Assembly (NCBI GenBank): GCA_045837725.1
Contig: JBEWZL010000257.1
Coordinates: forward strand, 62,001 to 126,000
Reading direction: 5' to 3'
Length of the DNA: 64,000 bases
DNA from: Vermamoeba vermiformis
Lineage: Eukaryota
Made by a program: the position numbers and the translations under genes. Position 1 is the stretch's first letter. Each line of letters begins with the position of its first letter. The notes beneath the pieces were generated by a model, which was given only the letters and a program-made list of their open reading frames with translations, did no database searches and was not told where the DNA came from. This document shows positions 47,645 through 60,944 of the stretch, one piece after another.

Positions 47645-49859
47645 ATGCGTTCATTGGTCAACGGACTCGCCTTGTTGCTCTGCCTGCTCTGCGCAGTAAT
47701 TTCAACCAACGCGCAAGTCATTGTCGCGCCAACTCCGCCTCAACCGAGCGCAGCCACTGATATCGTTGGATTTATCCTCCAAAATCCTACCAATCAATCG
47801 CTGCCTGGCCAGTACATCGTCTTCGGACATCCGTTCGGCAAGGGTCAGTTAAAAACTTCAGACTCTTCCTTTGTCGTTCAGGCTGCTGGCTCTGCCACCG
47901 TTCCTGTCCAAATTAGCGTTAAAGCAACGCATTCGGACGGATCTGTCAAGCACGCAGTTCTGATCGCGCAACAACCCTCCCTCGGTGCCGACGAGTCATT
48001 GACTTTAATGCTTACTTCTACTGGCGCTTCTAATGTCGGTTCTACTGTCGACTTGAAGAACTTCCCCTCCACATCCGTCAGCGTATCACTATCAATTACT
48101 CAACCCGCAACGCAATCTTTTAACGTCGACGTTTCTCAAGCCCTGAAGGACGCTCTGTCCGCGAACAGTGTCTCGTACTTCTTCCAAGGGCCATTGGCTA
48201 CGCAAGGACGAGTCATTTTGCCCGTCGTCAGCTCGTTCCGCATGGCCCTCGACATTACGCTGTTCTCCGACAACTCGTACTCGGTCGACATTCAATACTT
48301 GAACGACATTGCCATGTCCCCTGTTGGAGGCACCATTGTCTACAGTACGACCATCACAGCCAACGGCGGAACAGTGTACAATGCTGCTGGGTTGACGCAC
48401 TACCAGTACCAGACTTGGCACTACGTCTACTACTCCAATCAAGAGCCCCTCGTCAACGTCCAATACGACGTCTTGAGCTTGATTCAATCGAGTGCTATTC
48501 AGCCCTACAACTACACTCGCGGTATCAATCAAGGTCTTGTCAACAACGCCATCAACAACATCAATTCACCCACCTGGGGCCAGCCCTTCGATAACTACGG
48601 CGTCACCAAGTACATGCCAACGACTGGCGGTCGCCCTGACATTGGACCTCTGCCTCTCTACACCGCTGCTTGGGTCATCTCTCAAAACAACGACATTCGA
48701 CGCTACGTGCTTGGCTGGGGAGAAGCTGCTGGCTCAACTCCACTGAACTTGTTCGCCAAGAATGAGTCGCGCTGGTTGAATGTATTCGACTATCCAAAAT
48801 TGTGGCTTGACAGCCGATGCAATCCCTACTCAGTGTGCCCGACACAGTTCTCTGCAGAGAGTACTTGGAGCCTTGACACAGCGCACTTGCCTAATTTGGC
48901 TTTTGTTCCCTATATGATCACGGGCAGAAGATACTACCTCGATAGAATGGAAGCCGTTGCCGCGTGGGTAGCCAGTACTACTTGGGACGTACTGAGAAGA
49001 CAAAACACTGATGTAGAAATGGGTCTGCTCTATGGCGAACAACTCCGAGGTGCTGCTTGGGGTCTTCGTGAAGTCGTCTATGCATCGTACATTAGTCCTG
49101 ACGACACTGCCTTGCGAAACTACTATGACAAAATGATCTTCTATCATTTGTCTTGGCTCAACAACCAGACTGACTCGTGGACTGCCCAGACTGGTGAATG
49201 CTACGGCGTCATGTTGGCATTCAGCTACGGCAACGACTTCACTATCCCACCATGGCAAACAGACTTCTTTGCGAGCACGATCTCCTTGCTTGCACGACAC
49301 GGTTATTCATTGGCCTCGCAGTTCCTCAAGTGGTCCAAGAACTGGGACGTTGGTCGCTTCTTGCACGATCCTCCATTCAACAAGCAAAACGGTGTTGCGT
49401 ACAACTTGTGGTACGGCAACTCAACGGGCTTTGTGAAGACATGGGCTCAGTTCCAACACGAGCAAGAAGTCCGAGGCCTGAACAACGTCAACTGGTCAGG
49501 CAGTGTTGGTTATTTCGGCGCGCTTGGCATGATGACCTTGGTCTTGCATCAAGTCGAAGATCGTAATGACCCCGATGCTACTACCGCTTTCAACTGGTTG
49601 TCTACAGCTGGTGCTCCTTACACATCTGAGAACGACTTCAGAAACGATCCGACCTTTGGGTACGACCCCATAACAACTACTCCTCGCTATTAATCAACTA
49701 ACTTCATATTAAAGTATGGCCCCTTATCCTTTGCCCTCCTATTCTGGAGTGACGGCTGGTGGATCGAATCCAAGCACCTCTTTCGCTGTGCGCTTAATGG
49801 GCATGCCTGTTGCACTTTTGTTGCTCGCTCAAATTGTTGCTTTGTTGTACTTGTATTAA
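47645..49859 (+). CDS. Secreted bacterial-like (RIFT-barrel/PcRGLX-like) protein with a C-terminal anchor exon
   Basis: Signal peptide MRSLVNGLALLLCLLCAVISTNA; VFGHPFGKG..VPVQ..HSDGSVKHAVL; YMPTTGGRPDIGPLP. The single intron 49660-49714 adds ...STSFAVRLMGMPVALLLLAQIVALLYLY. Confidence 0.75.
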
Positions 49860-50003
49860 GTTTGATCTAAAATTAGGAAGATCAAGTACTTTTTTTCAAA
49901 GAACGGATCTGGATTTTTCTTGCGACTTTTCCCGTGGCCAATTTTAGTTCCGATGCTTCTTCTTCATTCTATTCGCGCACACAAACGAGACACAACACTT
50001 ACA

Positions 50004-52197
50004 ATGCAACGTGTCTTAGTTTCTCTTTGCTTCGCGTTGGCGATCTTGAGCGTAATCGACGCCCGCATGTATCGTCCCAAGCTCACCAAGGGTTTTGCGG
50101 ATTCGGATGTGACTCGTATTGCTCCAGGTCCTGCCTCTGCTATTTCATATGACAACTCTACTTACCGTGTTACTTCTCTTCCTGGCCTCAAGCCAAACAC
50201 CGGCCTGTCTCACTTTGCTGGTACCCTCCCCGTCAGCTCTGGCGCTCTCTTCTTCTGGCTTTTTGAAGCCGAAACTGCCCCTGAGACTGCTCCCCTCGCG
50301 ATCTGGATGAACGGAGGTCCAGGATGCAGTTCTTTGGAAGGCAAGTATTACAAAATTATTTAATTATTTTGTCGGTACGATCATGGTTTAATTAAGGAAA
50401 GATGAAAATCTCGTTGAGATTGCAAAATATAACATTAAATTTATCAAGATATTTATTTTACCGTTAATATTCGAGATCTATCGAGAAATTGGTTCCTGGC
50501 TTTTGTTTTGCCGATCGAGTATTAAATAATTCATAAATAGGTCTTTTCTACGAGCTTGGTCCTTTGGTTTTGGCTAAAACTATGACTAATCAATGGGACG
50601 TCTCGATCAACCCTTACTCTTGGCACAAGTAAGTCTTGAGCTCCGCAGTTGTTACTATTATTATTTGCCAATTGAAATCCATGCGGAACTAACGATTTCT
50701 AATAAGGCGCGCCAACATGTTGTTCGTCGATCAGCCCGTCGGTACTGGTCTTTCGTACACCAACGGCTCTTATGCCAATAGCACTCAACAAGTAAGTATA
50801 GTCCATATTGTATTTTTTTGAAGCCAATCTACAAATACTAACCGGGATCCTTTGTTTAGGTCGCTGCCGAGTTCTACCAATTCTTGCAAACGTTTTACGA
50901 GATCTTCCCTAGCTACAAGACTCGTGATTTGTACATTTTTGGTGAATCTTACGCCGGAATCTACATTCCTACCATCTCGACTTACATTTTGGATCAAAAC
51001 GAAAACTTGAACAAGAACAACCCTGACAAGCAAACTATCATCAAGTTGACTGGTATTGGTATTGGTAAGTACCGTAGTTCTCTAAATACTCCATAACGAT
51101 AATATTCTTGAAAAACGATGTCGATCTAACTCTTTTCTCGTTCGTAGGTAACGGCTGGATTGACGTTATTACTCAAAGCGTTATCTACCCCGAATTGGGT
51201 CGCTTCACTGGTATTTTGAACTCCAACCAACAATACGCCTTGGACCAAACTGCTGCTAAGTGCTACCAAGACATGCTCAAGGGCAACTTCGCATCTGCTG
51301 CTTGCCAAGATAATCTTTTGGGCGACCTCTCAGATGCGTAAGTGCCGCATAATATTTAACCGAAATACGACGTGCGGAATTGTTTTGCTGACCATCCCAT
51401 TTGGTTTAGATCTGGCAACAACGTTACCGGTCAAGTTAACGTCTACGACATGCGCTTCTTCGATCCTACTGGTGGAGCAATCTGGCCCTACGCCGTGGTC
51501 TATATGGCTGAGTACTTGGCTGATCCTCAAGTCTTGCTTGCAGTCCACGTTGACAACAGATCCGTCTGGAGCGTAAGTCTTAAGCAAACTTTCTGGGTGA
51601 TAAACATGCTTACAATTGATATTGTAGGACTGCAACGGTCCTGTCTACAACGCTTTGGCTGGCCAAGAAGGCGCTGGTACCTTGAAGTTGTTGCCTCGTT
51701 TGATCGAGACCATGCCCGTCTTGCTCTACAGCGGTCAATTCGACATTATCTGCAATCACTTGGGCACAGAACAGTTCTTGACTACCATCGACTGGCCTCA
51801 CAGAGACGAGTTCTTGAACGCCAACAGATCCATCTGGGTCGTTAACTCAACCAGCCCTGCTCCTTTCATTGGTGGTTACGTTCAAAAGTTCAACAACTTG
51901 ACCTACTTGTTGGTGCTCAATGCCTCTCACATGGTGCCATTCAGCGTGCCTGAGGCCTCTTTGGACATGTTCACTCGCTTCATCCGCAGCAAGGACTACT
52001 CAGATCTTCCTCAATTCTACGCTCCCTTCCAATCTGGTGTTGGTCCCTTCGGTCCTAACAGCAACAACAACTCGCCTTTGCCAGTCTACGGCTGGGTTTT
52101 GATCATCATTGGCGCTTTTGTTGTCGGATGTGGTTTGTCCGCTATTGTCATCGTGTCTGCCTTCAAGAAACGAGACAACTACGATAGATTGAACTAA
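50004..52197 (+). CDS. Serine carboxypeptidase S10, Kex1-like type I membrane protein
   Basis: WMNGGPGCSS, DQPVGTG, GESYAG (nucleophile Ser), DIIC, NASHMVP; C-terminal TM and YDRL tail; GC-AG intron 50341-50540. Confidence 0.92.
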
Positions 52198-52249
52198 TAA
52201 CTATCAATATTGTAATAAAAAGTGCTTTTTCAACTTAAACCGTCGCCTA

Positions 52250-53763
52250 TTATTTATTATAGTGAACAGCTTCGTATTTGTTCAAACTGTACATGACGGA
52301 TTCAAAAACACCGAATCTACAAGAACTGACAATCATCGCTCTGACTATTGTAGGCCCTACCCCCTTATAAAATCCGAAAAATCCTTTTTGTTTAAATATC
52401 GTCTTTGCTGTTGGCCACAAATGTCGTTTTTCTAATTTTTTGGATGCGGTCAATGGCACGCCTTGAATATTCGCCTTAATAGCGTCTAATGGATAACTAA
52501 CAAACCAAGCTGTCATTCCACTCAACGCTCCTGCTATCGTTACTTCTAATACGACTGTATTTGATGTGTTGATGTGCATCGTCTTATGGAACAGATCTTT
52601 CAAAATTATTTTTGCGTGCTCGTATACACCTGTTATTATGTATATTAATCCTCCGATCTTAAAATAAGATTATGTAATGATGTATAAGTGATATTTGCAA
52701 GTCAGAGATATTCAATGGAAAACTATAGTCGCGTACCAAAATAAACAGCGCCAAAAGTCATTTCTCGCAGTACATTGACCGTCATGCCAGTAAATAGACT
52801 CGACGTGCCATAGTTCTTCGCCAAATATTTGCCGCACTGCCAACTGCCTTTGAATCGACCGCAATTTGTAACATTGTCCAATTGCGATTGAATTTTAACC
52901 ATTTCAAACGGCGTACTTCAACAAAGTATGAATTACCGTTACTACTTGCCAAATAAGGAAATTTCATTACCTTAGAAGTGAACAGCCGAATCCCGAGGCA
53001 GCACCAGCCATAATATAATTCCGAGATAATCCATGCTCACGTGTTTCTCGTCCGGGTGAAATACTCTCCAAATAATCTAATGCACTGACATATGTAGTGA
53101 AATTGACCATATTTAGTAATGTCAAACTGAACAGCGGTGAGCCCATTCCTTTGAAGAAACTTTTGAACTACGACAAACATTAATAAAGGCTCTCAATAAT
53201 ACTATATAGATATGCATATCTTCTATAAATTGAAAATAATTCAATTATTATTCTTCTAATTGGTTAATTGGTGGGATCTAATGAACTGTCGCGAGATCTT
53301 ACGCCTTCATTTTTCGCAATCTCTTTGGCACAATGGAATGCACCATGGTAAATATGTTGAGTCTGTAGTCTAGTTTTAATGGTGTCGAGTGGATGACCCA
53401 ATGTCGTGCCTGCCAAGCCTGCAGCAATACCGGCTGATATTCAACAAAAATTAATCAGTTATTTTGCTATTTAAAGAATAATTTTTAGATTATTGGCAGT
53501 TAATAATCAACACTATTGGAAGGTATAACGATGCGCGCAGAATTATTTGTATTTTTCAAAATTAATTTGGCTTGATCTCCTGATCACGCTTTCCGATTTA
53601 CTTACCGATCGAGGCTTTGAATTTAAAAATATATGGGAGTACTTTCTCACGGATTTCAGACCTGACAAGAGTCAACAAGTGATCGGGAACTCACAGATCG
53701 GCAGTGGCAGACTTACATTGACCCGTTGAGGGGTTGAGTATCCGTGGTTGTATTGTTTGACAT
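52250..53763 (-). CDS. Mitochondrial carrier (SLC25; carnitine/ornithine-carrier-like)
   Basis: Carrier signatures [11 protein letters not shown] and [24 protein letters not shown]. Confidence 0.9.
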
Positions 53764-53900
53764 ATTGACTGGTGCTACCTGTTCATAATATTGTGCTCGT
53801 GCTGTTTTCTCGCCGCATGAAAAAAAAAACGGATCATTAGCCCAAGAAATTTGCCCTACCGGGAAATTACCAACCAACCTAGAGCAAAAAGCAAAAAAAT

Positions 53901-54019
53901 AGAGCACAACACCTCCGATTCCCAGGTAGTCTCCTACCCCAGTACTAAGAAGGCCTGAACAAGCTTAACTTCGCTGATCGGACGGGAAGCGGTGCATTCT
54001 TGTTAGTGTGGTCGTGCCC
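53901..54019 (-). rRNA. 5S: 5S rRNA
   Basis: GGGCACGACCAC...CCCGTCCGATCAGCGAAGTTAAGC...TTAGTACTGGG...CCTGGGAA...GTTGTGCTCT, 119 nt, with terminal stem and a following T7 terminator. Confidence 0.95.
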
Positions 54020-54125
54020 GAGACGCTCTGTAACATCGTGTTCGGGTCACTACTTGCTATAAATATATAGAGACCTGCTAACTTGTAGATCCAGGGGCAG
54101 ATCTGAGTTTAACGTTTTTACTTTA

Positions 54126-55457
54126 TTATTTCGCCGTGTTTTGATTCAAATCAACATTTGTGTTATTTTCGACTTCGCTCTTTGTATTAATGGCTTCATT
54201 AATAATATCTTGCTTAGTCTTAATTTGTTTTGGGAATCTGTAGCCCCAGAACCACGTCTTTTTCTTTTTGTCCATTTCGTATTTGTAGTCATCCGGTTCA
54301 GTGAAAATATAAAGTGTCTTGGGATCCCACACTGCCACAAAGTTGGTTGGATTGGGTAATTGACCATCAGGCAACAATTTGTCGTCGTTCACGATTGGTC
54401 GACCAAGGTAGATCTCGATCAGATCCGGATTCAGCGGGTTGTAATATTTGTTGTCAATAGCAAATTGATGGGGCTGCAATGAATCTTCAATGCTCTCCAC
54501 GGGCGTGGCTCTCTTGCGTGCTTCATTTTCTTCTTCAACACTGATGGATCTTTCACGCGGGACCAAATGACGTTCAACTTCATTAGGATAAATTTCACGA
54601 ACCAGATCTGAAATTAATGTTAATATCACTATATATATTAAATATAATCACATACCTCTAACGTCGGTAGTGTCCTCGCTGTATTTCCAAATGTTCGCCA
54701 GTCGGACCTGATCTTTGAATTTTGCCTCCATATTTCGGATCTGGTAACATTACTCGTTAGTTCCTGATATATAATATTGATTAACAATGTTGCCTACATT
54801 AAGACCGTGAACGATTTTTCCACCGTTCTTGTGCGTGGTCGGACTTGACGCGGCCCAAACTAGCGGTGCAGCACCCTGTTTAAATCATGATGGGATTAAT
54901 ACACATCATATTATAAGCACACTATAGTCATATACATTACCTGCTCGACAGTGAGCAATCGTTCAAACAACTTGGCCATCTTTTTGACCCACTGGGCCGG
55001 AGCATATTCCGCGTGAAAGTCGTTGTCCACGAGTCCCGGATTGATCGCGTTGACGGTCACGCCTTGGGGCTCGGTCGTCAAGTTCATGTAGTGCGTGAAA
55101 CACATCAGCGCGTACTTGCTCGAGGCATATTGTTCAAAGTACGGCATTGTCTTCACATCGGGCGACATGTACACGAATGGATTGGGATAGCCTTTTTAGG
55201 AAATTAATTAATTTCGCGAGACGTACAAGTGCATGTAGCTCTTGAGCTCGATAAATTGTTGCAATATTTAAATAAATTAAATTGATGCAAAGACACGTAC
55301 CCCATTTGTAAGATCCACCAGCGACGTTGAGAATTCTCGAGTCAGGCTTCATGTGTCCAATGAGCCCCACGGTGAGATAAAAAGGCGCGAAATAATTTAC
55401 TTGCATCATGCGCTCTGTGGTCGATAGCGAATATTCTCGTGCGGCTTTAAAAACACC
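54126..55457 (-). CDS. Short-chain dehydrogenase (RDH-like) C-terminal part plus extension; N-terminal Rossmann motif not found
   Basis: MMQVNYFAPFYLT, RILNVAG, YASSK (YxxxK) and VNAINPGLV are present; no GxxxGxG exon before the divergent neighbour. Confidence 0.6.
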
Positions 55458-55764
55458 TGAAACAACATATTAATTACATTCCCTTAATATTTCACTATAT
55501 AATCTTGATATATTATATTCACACTTGCCACCTCAGTATGCGTGGCTCTCGTTTGCTAAACGCCAGTTTTAACGGGGAAAAAAAAATTGCGGCTGGGAGT
55601 ACGGGAAGCGGGGGTTAGATTTTATGTTTATCTTTACGGCAAAAAACGAAGTCGCGAAATTTACGAAGATTCCCAGAAGATATTTATATTATCCAATTAT
55701 TTTCTAACTATTCCGTTCATTATTAATTTTTTCAACCCAGATCGACCTTACAAAAGTTCGTTGC

Positions 55765-58529
55765 ATGATGATGTTCCGCAATGTAATTGCTTGGAATTCT
55801 GCGAAAGCATTTTCAATTACCGATCCCAATGCTATCAATGGCTTTCTATCAGTAGTTGAGGTACCATATCTTCTAGATGCGATTTTTAAGCGAGATCCAT
55901 TGATTTTAAGACCTCTGATTTAACAATCGCGTTACTTATTCACATTTAATATAACTCGCTATAAATATACTAATGTTATTTAATAGCATCAACCCAAGAA
56001 ATATTTGCTCACTTGGACCACGTACGATTTGACTCGCGAAGGTAAATTTTAGTTTCAAAACACCGCTAATATTAATATTGATTGTAATTACCGCAAATAT
56101 TTTAATATAATTGTAATATTAATTAAATTATTATTCAATAGACAGTCCCAAACCCGCTAAGAACAGCAATGCAGACATGTACGAATTTAGATTGCCGTTG
56201 AAAGAGGTAAATTATCAATTTTTATTTATATAATACTATATTAATCAATCAGCATTGATATAATTTCTTGCCGTAATTGTACTGAAAACTAATCGTGATC
56301 ACGTGCAGATCCGCTCGATTAAGAAGCACACGCCAGGTCTGGGCGGTACTCCATACATTATCATTCAAACGGCCAAAGAAGGCGCGCTGTCCCCGCTCTA
56401 TTTCTACGACGGCGGTGTGAAAGAGTTTTTGAACTCGTTGGGCGAGTTCGTTGACACCACCAAGTACGACCCCAAAATAATTTATTGCCTTATATGGTAA
56501 TGCTAACACGATCTAACTGCAGGTCACCAACGGACAGTAATTTAATATTAATTAATGACGAGACTGATTTGCGCAAGACATTGACAGGTAAGAGCGATTG
56601 AATGTCATGAGTGACACGTGTCATAATCTAACGTTCATGAACTGTTATTAGCTGTGGAGGTGTCAGAAATGGTTGCAAAGACTCTTCAATCACAAGCCGC
56701 TACAACGAACACACCCGCCGTGCAACAATTTTTCAGCAACTTCAAAATGAACGTGCTCGGAAAGTTCTCCGAAGTGCCTAAATTAGGAAGAAAAAGTACG
56801 TTATTATAGTAATGGAGAATAGTCATAACTTAATTTGATACAATACCCATCGGCCACTATTGAATATTAGTATTGCCTTATTTGGAAATTGCTCATTAAC
56901 CGAGATTACTAACACTCAACTGGCAGTCTTGCAAGAGATCCAAAAAGACAGTGACGATGAGAACAGCGACGAAGACAAAAAGAAAAAGAAGACTGAAGAC
57001 ACCAATCTCGGAGATTTTGAGATTGTCGGAGACCTTCCCGTAAGTCTAGACTTTAGCCTCACTTACCATAAAAGGAAAATTTTACACGGCTACATCCTAA
57101 CTTTCTTTTCCTAATATAGAAAGAAATCAGTCCGTTAGAGATGATCGAGCCTAAAAAAAGAACAGAACATTCGCTGACCATGGACGAATGGAAGAGTTAT
57201 TTGGACCCTGAAGGACGTGTCACTAACGTCGAAAAATTGAAACTCAAAATTTATCAAGCTGTAAGTGCTGTCGTGACTTTATGCCTAAAAAGGCAATACT
57301 AATTAACTATTTCTATTTTAGGGCGTGGTGCCTGAAGTGCGCGTTCACGTCTGGCCATTTTTGTTGGGCTACTTCCCATGGACCTCTACTCAAAAAGAGC
57401 GCGAAAAGATTCGTGAAGATAAACGGTATGAAACCCCTTTATTGCCTTAAAAGGAAGTATTTGTGACCAATCTAACGTGCGTTCATTTTACAGCAAAGAA
57501 TACGCCATTTACAAGTCACAGTGGATGACAATTAATGCCGAACAAGAATCACGATTTTCTAAATATAGATTCAGAAAACACACTATAGGTAACGTCAACA
57601 AGACTAAAATAACCATTTTTATCACTATAAAGCTAACTTTGCATCAATTTTTCAAACTGTTTGAGTTCGTGTTATTAACGTTTTTTACCAAATTTAGAAA
57701 AGGACGTGGTGCGCACAGACCGCGAACATCCGTTCTACAAGGGCGATGACAGTCCTTATCTGACCAAACTGAAGTCCATTCTGATCACGTACAGCTTTTA
57801 CAACTTTGACATTGGCTACGTGCAGGGCATGAACGACTATATGTCCCCGATATTGATCGTCATGCAAGACGAGAACGACGCGTTCTGGTGCTTCAAGGGC
57901 TGGATGGACATTGTTGTAAGTGTCAACAACTCGTTCACTGAACGGAAATTTTTGCAAAGTTTTGGACCTACATCCAACTTTTCTTTTTCGTACAAGTCGA
58001 GCTCGGGAATACTAATCGCGATATTTATAGCAAGGAAATTTCCACAAAGACCAAGCTGCTATTCAAAAACAACTGGATATGGTCAGAAGTCTATTATCGG
58101 AACTCGATCCGAAACTCCACAAATACTTCGGTACGTATGCCAGGTCTTTTACATCATTTCCTAGTTTGGTAATAACATATCTCATATGCAGAGGACTCCA
58201 AAGACTGCAACACATATTTCTTCTGCTACCGCTGGCTGTTAGTGCGATTCAAGCGCGAATTTTCACTCGAACACGCGTCACTGCTGTGGGAAATGATGTG
58301 GACCAATGTGCACAGCAAGTACTTGCACATCTTTATGTGCGTCACACTGCTCATGTTGCACCGCGAAGTGATCATGCAGCAACAAATGCAGTTCGATGAC
58401 GTGTTGAAGTACGTCAACGATTTGAGCGGTCATTTGGACATTGAACTGGCCCTCAGTACCATGGAAGCACTGATCTCAGCCTATAAAGAGAAGCACAAGG
58501 GCAAGAAGACTGACTTGATGGATTGTTAA
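55765..58529 (+). CDS. TBC1D15: TBC1D15/17 (Gyp7-like) Rab7 GAP
   Basis: N-terminal IRSIKKHTP..PLYFYDGG; VWPFLLGYFPW; KDVVRTDR; GYVQGMND; FCYRWLLVRFKREF. Confidence 0.88.
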
Positions 58530-59388
58530 ATAGCACGTGTCAAATAAGAAGTAAATAGCAGTATGGTTTGTGTGACACTTTGACACTTTTTTTTGACTCG
58601 TACATGACGATGTGCGAGTAATCATAAGATGTTTATTGTTATGTTAATAGCTCTTTAACGTCATTTAAATGAGCTGGACTAAACAAATTGAACCTCGCCA
58701 ATACATCATTATCTAGCTGTCCCAGTGCGCCTATGAAGTACGTCATCTTACAACACGTTCACTTATCACTCTCTTGCTAAATATTGTTTCGAAGGTCAAA
58801 AACCGCTGATCGGATGGATTTTTAAAATATTTATCTTGTCAAGAAGCGTGACCAAAGTACTACACATTAATTTAAAATGATTTTAAATGACCTTTGACAA
58901 GAAAATTAACGGCTTCGCTGTTATGGCTGTCAAGATGGATTTGGGTAGCGAGAAAAGTAGATCAGACCAAATTACATATTGTTACCAAATACGGGCCCTT
59001 TATGACTGCTTAAAAATATTGTCACTTGTTAATAAGCTTATTTTGTTGATAAGGCTTAGAATGATGCGAATCCAAGTTAGATTTGACAAGATCTACGTTT
59101 CTTCTCCTCTCTTCTCTTTAAAAATGATTTCAATATGTATAAATATGTATTTTAACCCCACCGACAAGGTTTGGTGTGGTCCTGTTCGGTCCTCTCTGAG
59201 AAAAATAAGAAATACTGCCGGCTCCGTTCATTTTGCCAAAAACGCAAAGTCTCCGCCCTACCTTGCTGCAACTTCTTTTTTTCAGTGCAAGCAATGGAGA
59301 AGGCAACCAAACGGAGAAAAGGTACCAAAATATTTGGCTTTCTCAAATAACATTGTATACAGTTGATTTTTGGCGAACTGAATACCGC

Positions 59389-60612
59389 ATGCATCTTCTG
59401 TCCCTGCCAAAAGAACTATATTTCGAAATTCTAGATTATATCGTAGATCCCCTAGATATACATAGGTAACATATTTGTTTTCGTTAAGCTTGAAATTATT
59501 TTTTGGTGTTAAAATCAGCCAACATAATGGCAAATATTTTTTTTTTTAGTCGGATTAAATATTTATTTGCTAGGAAGTGATGATTAGCATTTCTTGAATT
59601 TCTTTGCTGAGTATGTAACAAATAGTTACTGTCGTTTCTTTGCAACCAATTAATTACTAAAAGTTAAAATCCTAAGTTTATTTTTTGCAGGTTATGCTTG
59701 GTGTGCTCTAAACTGTGTACCACACTTCATCGAGCAAGCAGTCTTTGTCTTAATGGGCAGCTTTACAAATCGAGCAAAATCGATCTATCTAAATTCACTC
59801 AATTACGCCAGTTGAGTCTTGTGGATTTCACCTCCCAAACATTTCATGGATTAACTACTCTAACTCAATTGCATGAGTTAGCTTTGAGAGGTGGTTTTCC
59901 TGAAATTATAGATTATTGCCATTTTCCCATGCTTAACAGGCTGTACATTGAATATGGGAATGGCGTGGATAATGATGACCTATCAGTGCTATTCCATCAA
60001 CTATCAACTATCACATTCCTAACAATAGGGATTAACTACGAAAGAGCACTACTGTCGCTGCTTACAATATTACAACGATTGGAGACATTACAAATATTTA
60101 GAGGCTACATCGACCCAGAACAATTTCAATACTTGGGTCATTTACCCTTGTTGACAAGCTTGGAATTCCGTTATTTTGATTTCACATTCAAGCACTTTGA
60201 GAGTCTGCCAACTCTGACAGCGTTGCAAATTTTCCATCTTGGAAGTTTTGATTCAGGAAATATTAGTGGCAGCGAGGACGGCTTAAAGTGTATTGCAGAT
60301 TCATTTACAAATTTGAAAGCACTATCGTACTATCCTGCACCTGTTCTTCCAGACAATATTACACAATTAAAAAGACTTGAATATCTAGCTTTTTTGGAGT
60401 TTGGCCCAACAAATGGTTTCACCCTACTAAGTACTTTACCCAACTTGACATACCTAACAACTCCCTTAGAACATGAACACTGGGAACAATTGACTGCACT
60501 AACACAATTAAAAATCCTTCGATGTTTTAATGCAGATGAAAATACAATGATATTCCCACATTTAAAAATTATTGACTCATGTGATGGACAGTTCCCAGTT
60601 GGAATGCTTTAA
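59389..60612 (+). CDS. F-box plus leucine-rich-repeat protein
   Basis: MHLLSLPKELYFEILDYI (F-box); intron ~59466-59690; LxxLxxLxL repeats (LTTLTQLHELAL, LPLLTSLEF, LTALTQLKILRC). Confidence 0.8.
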
Positions 60613-60944
60613 GAATGTAAACTTAGTGCAATAAATTCAGGAATTTGCTCAATTGGAACAGTAAATCTGAACTATTTTTCAGGGACTTTTTACCTCACCT
60701 GGCAGCCTCAGCAAATCACTTTGTAATCATACATTGACAACATATGATAGGGAGAGTGTTGCATAGTTTAGGGATTACCATATGGCATAGGCACTAATGG
60801 CAAATGATTCTAATTATTTGTTTTCTTCATTGTCTTCGATGAGGCCAGCAGTTGTTCTAATTAGACCTCAGTCAACTTGGATTGTCTCCATTGTCTGATC
60901 TCACCTGTCACAGGTTACCCATGGTGTGCAGACACTAAAATACT

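Noticed and set aside
58887-59366. 159-aa ORF upstream of the F-box-LRR gene
   Set aside because: No domain signal or coding-like composition; likely spurious.
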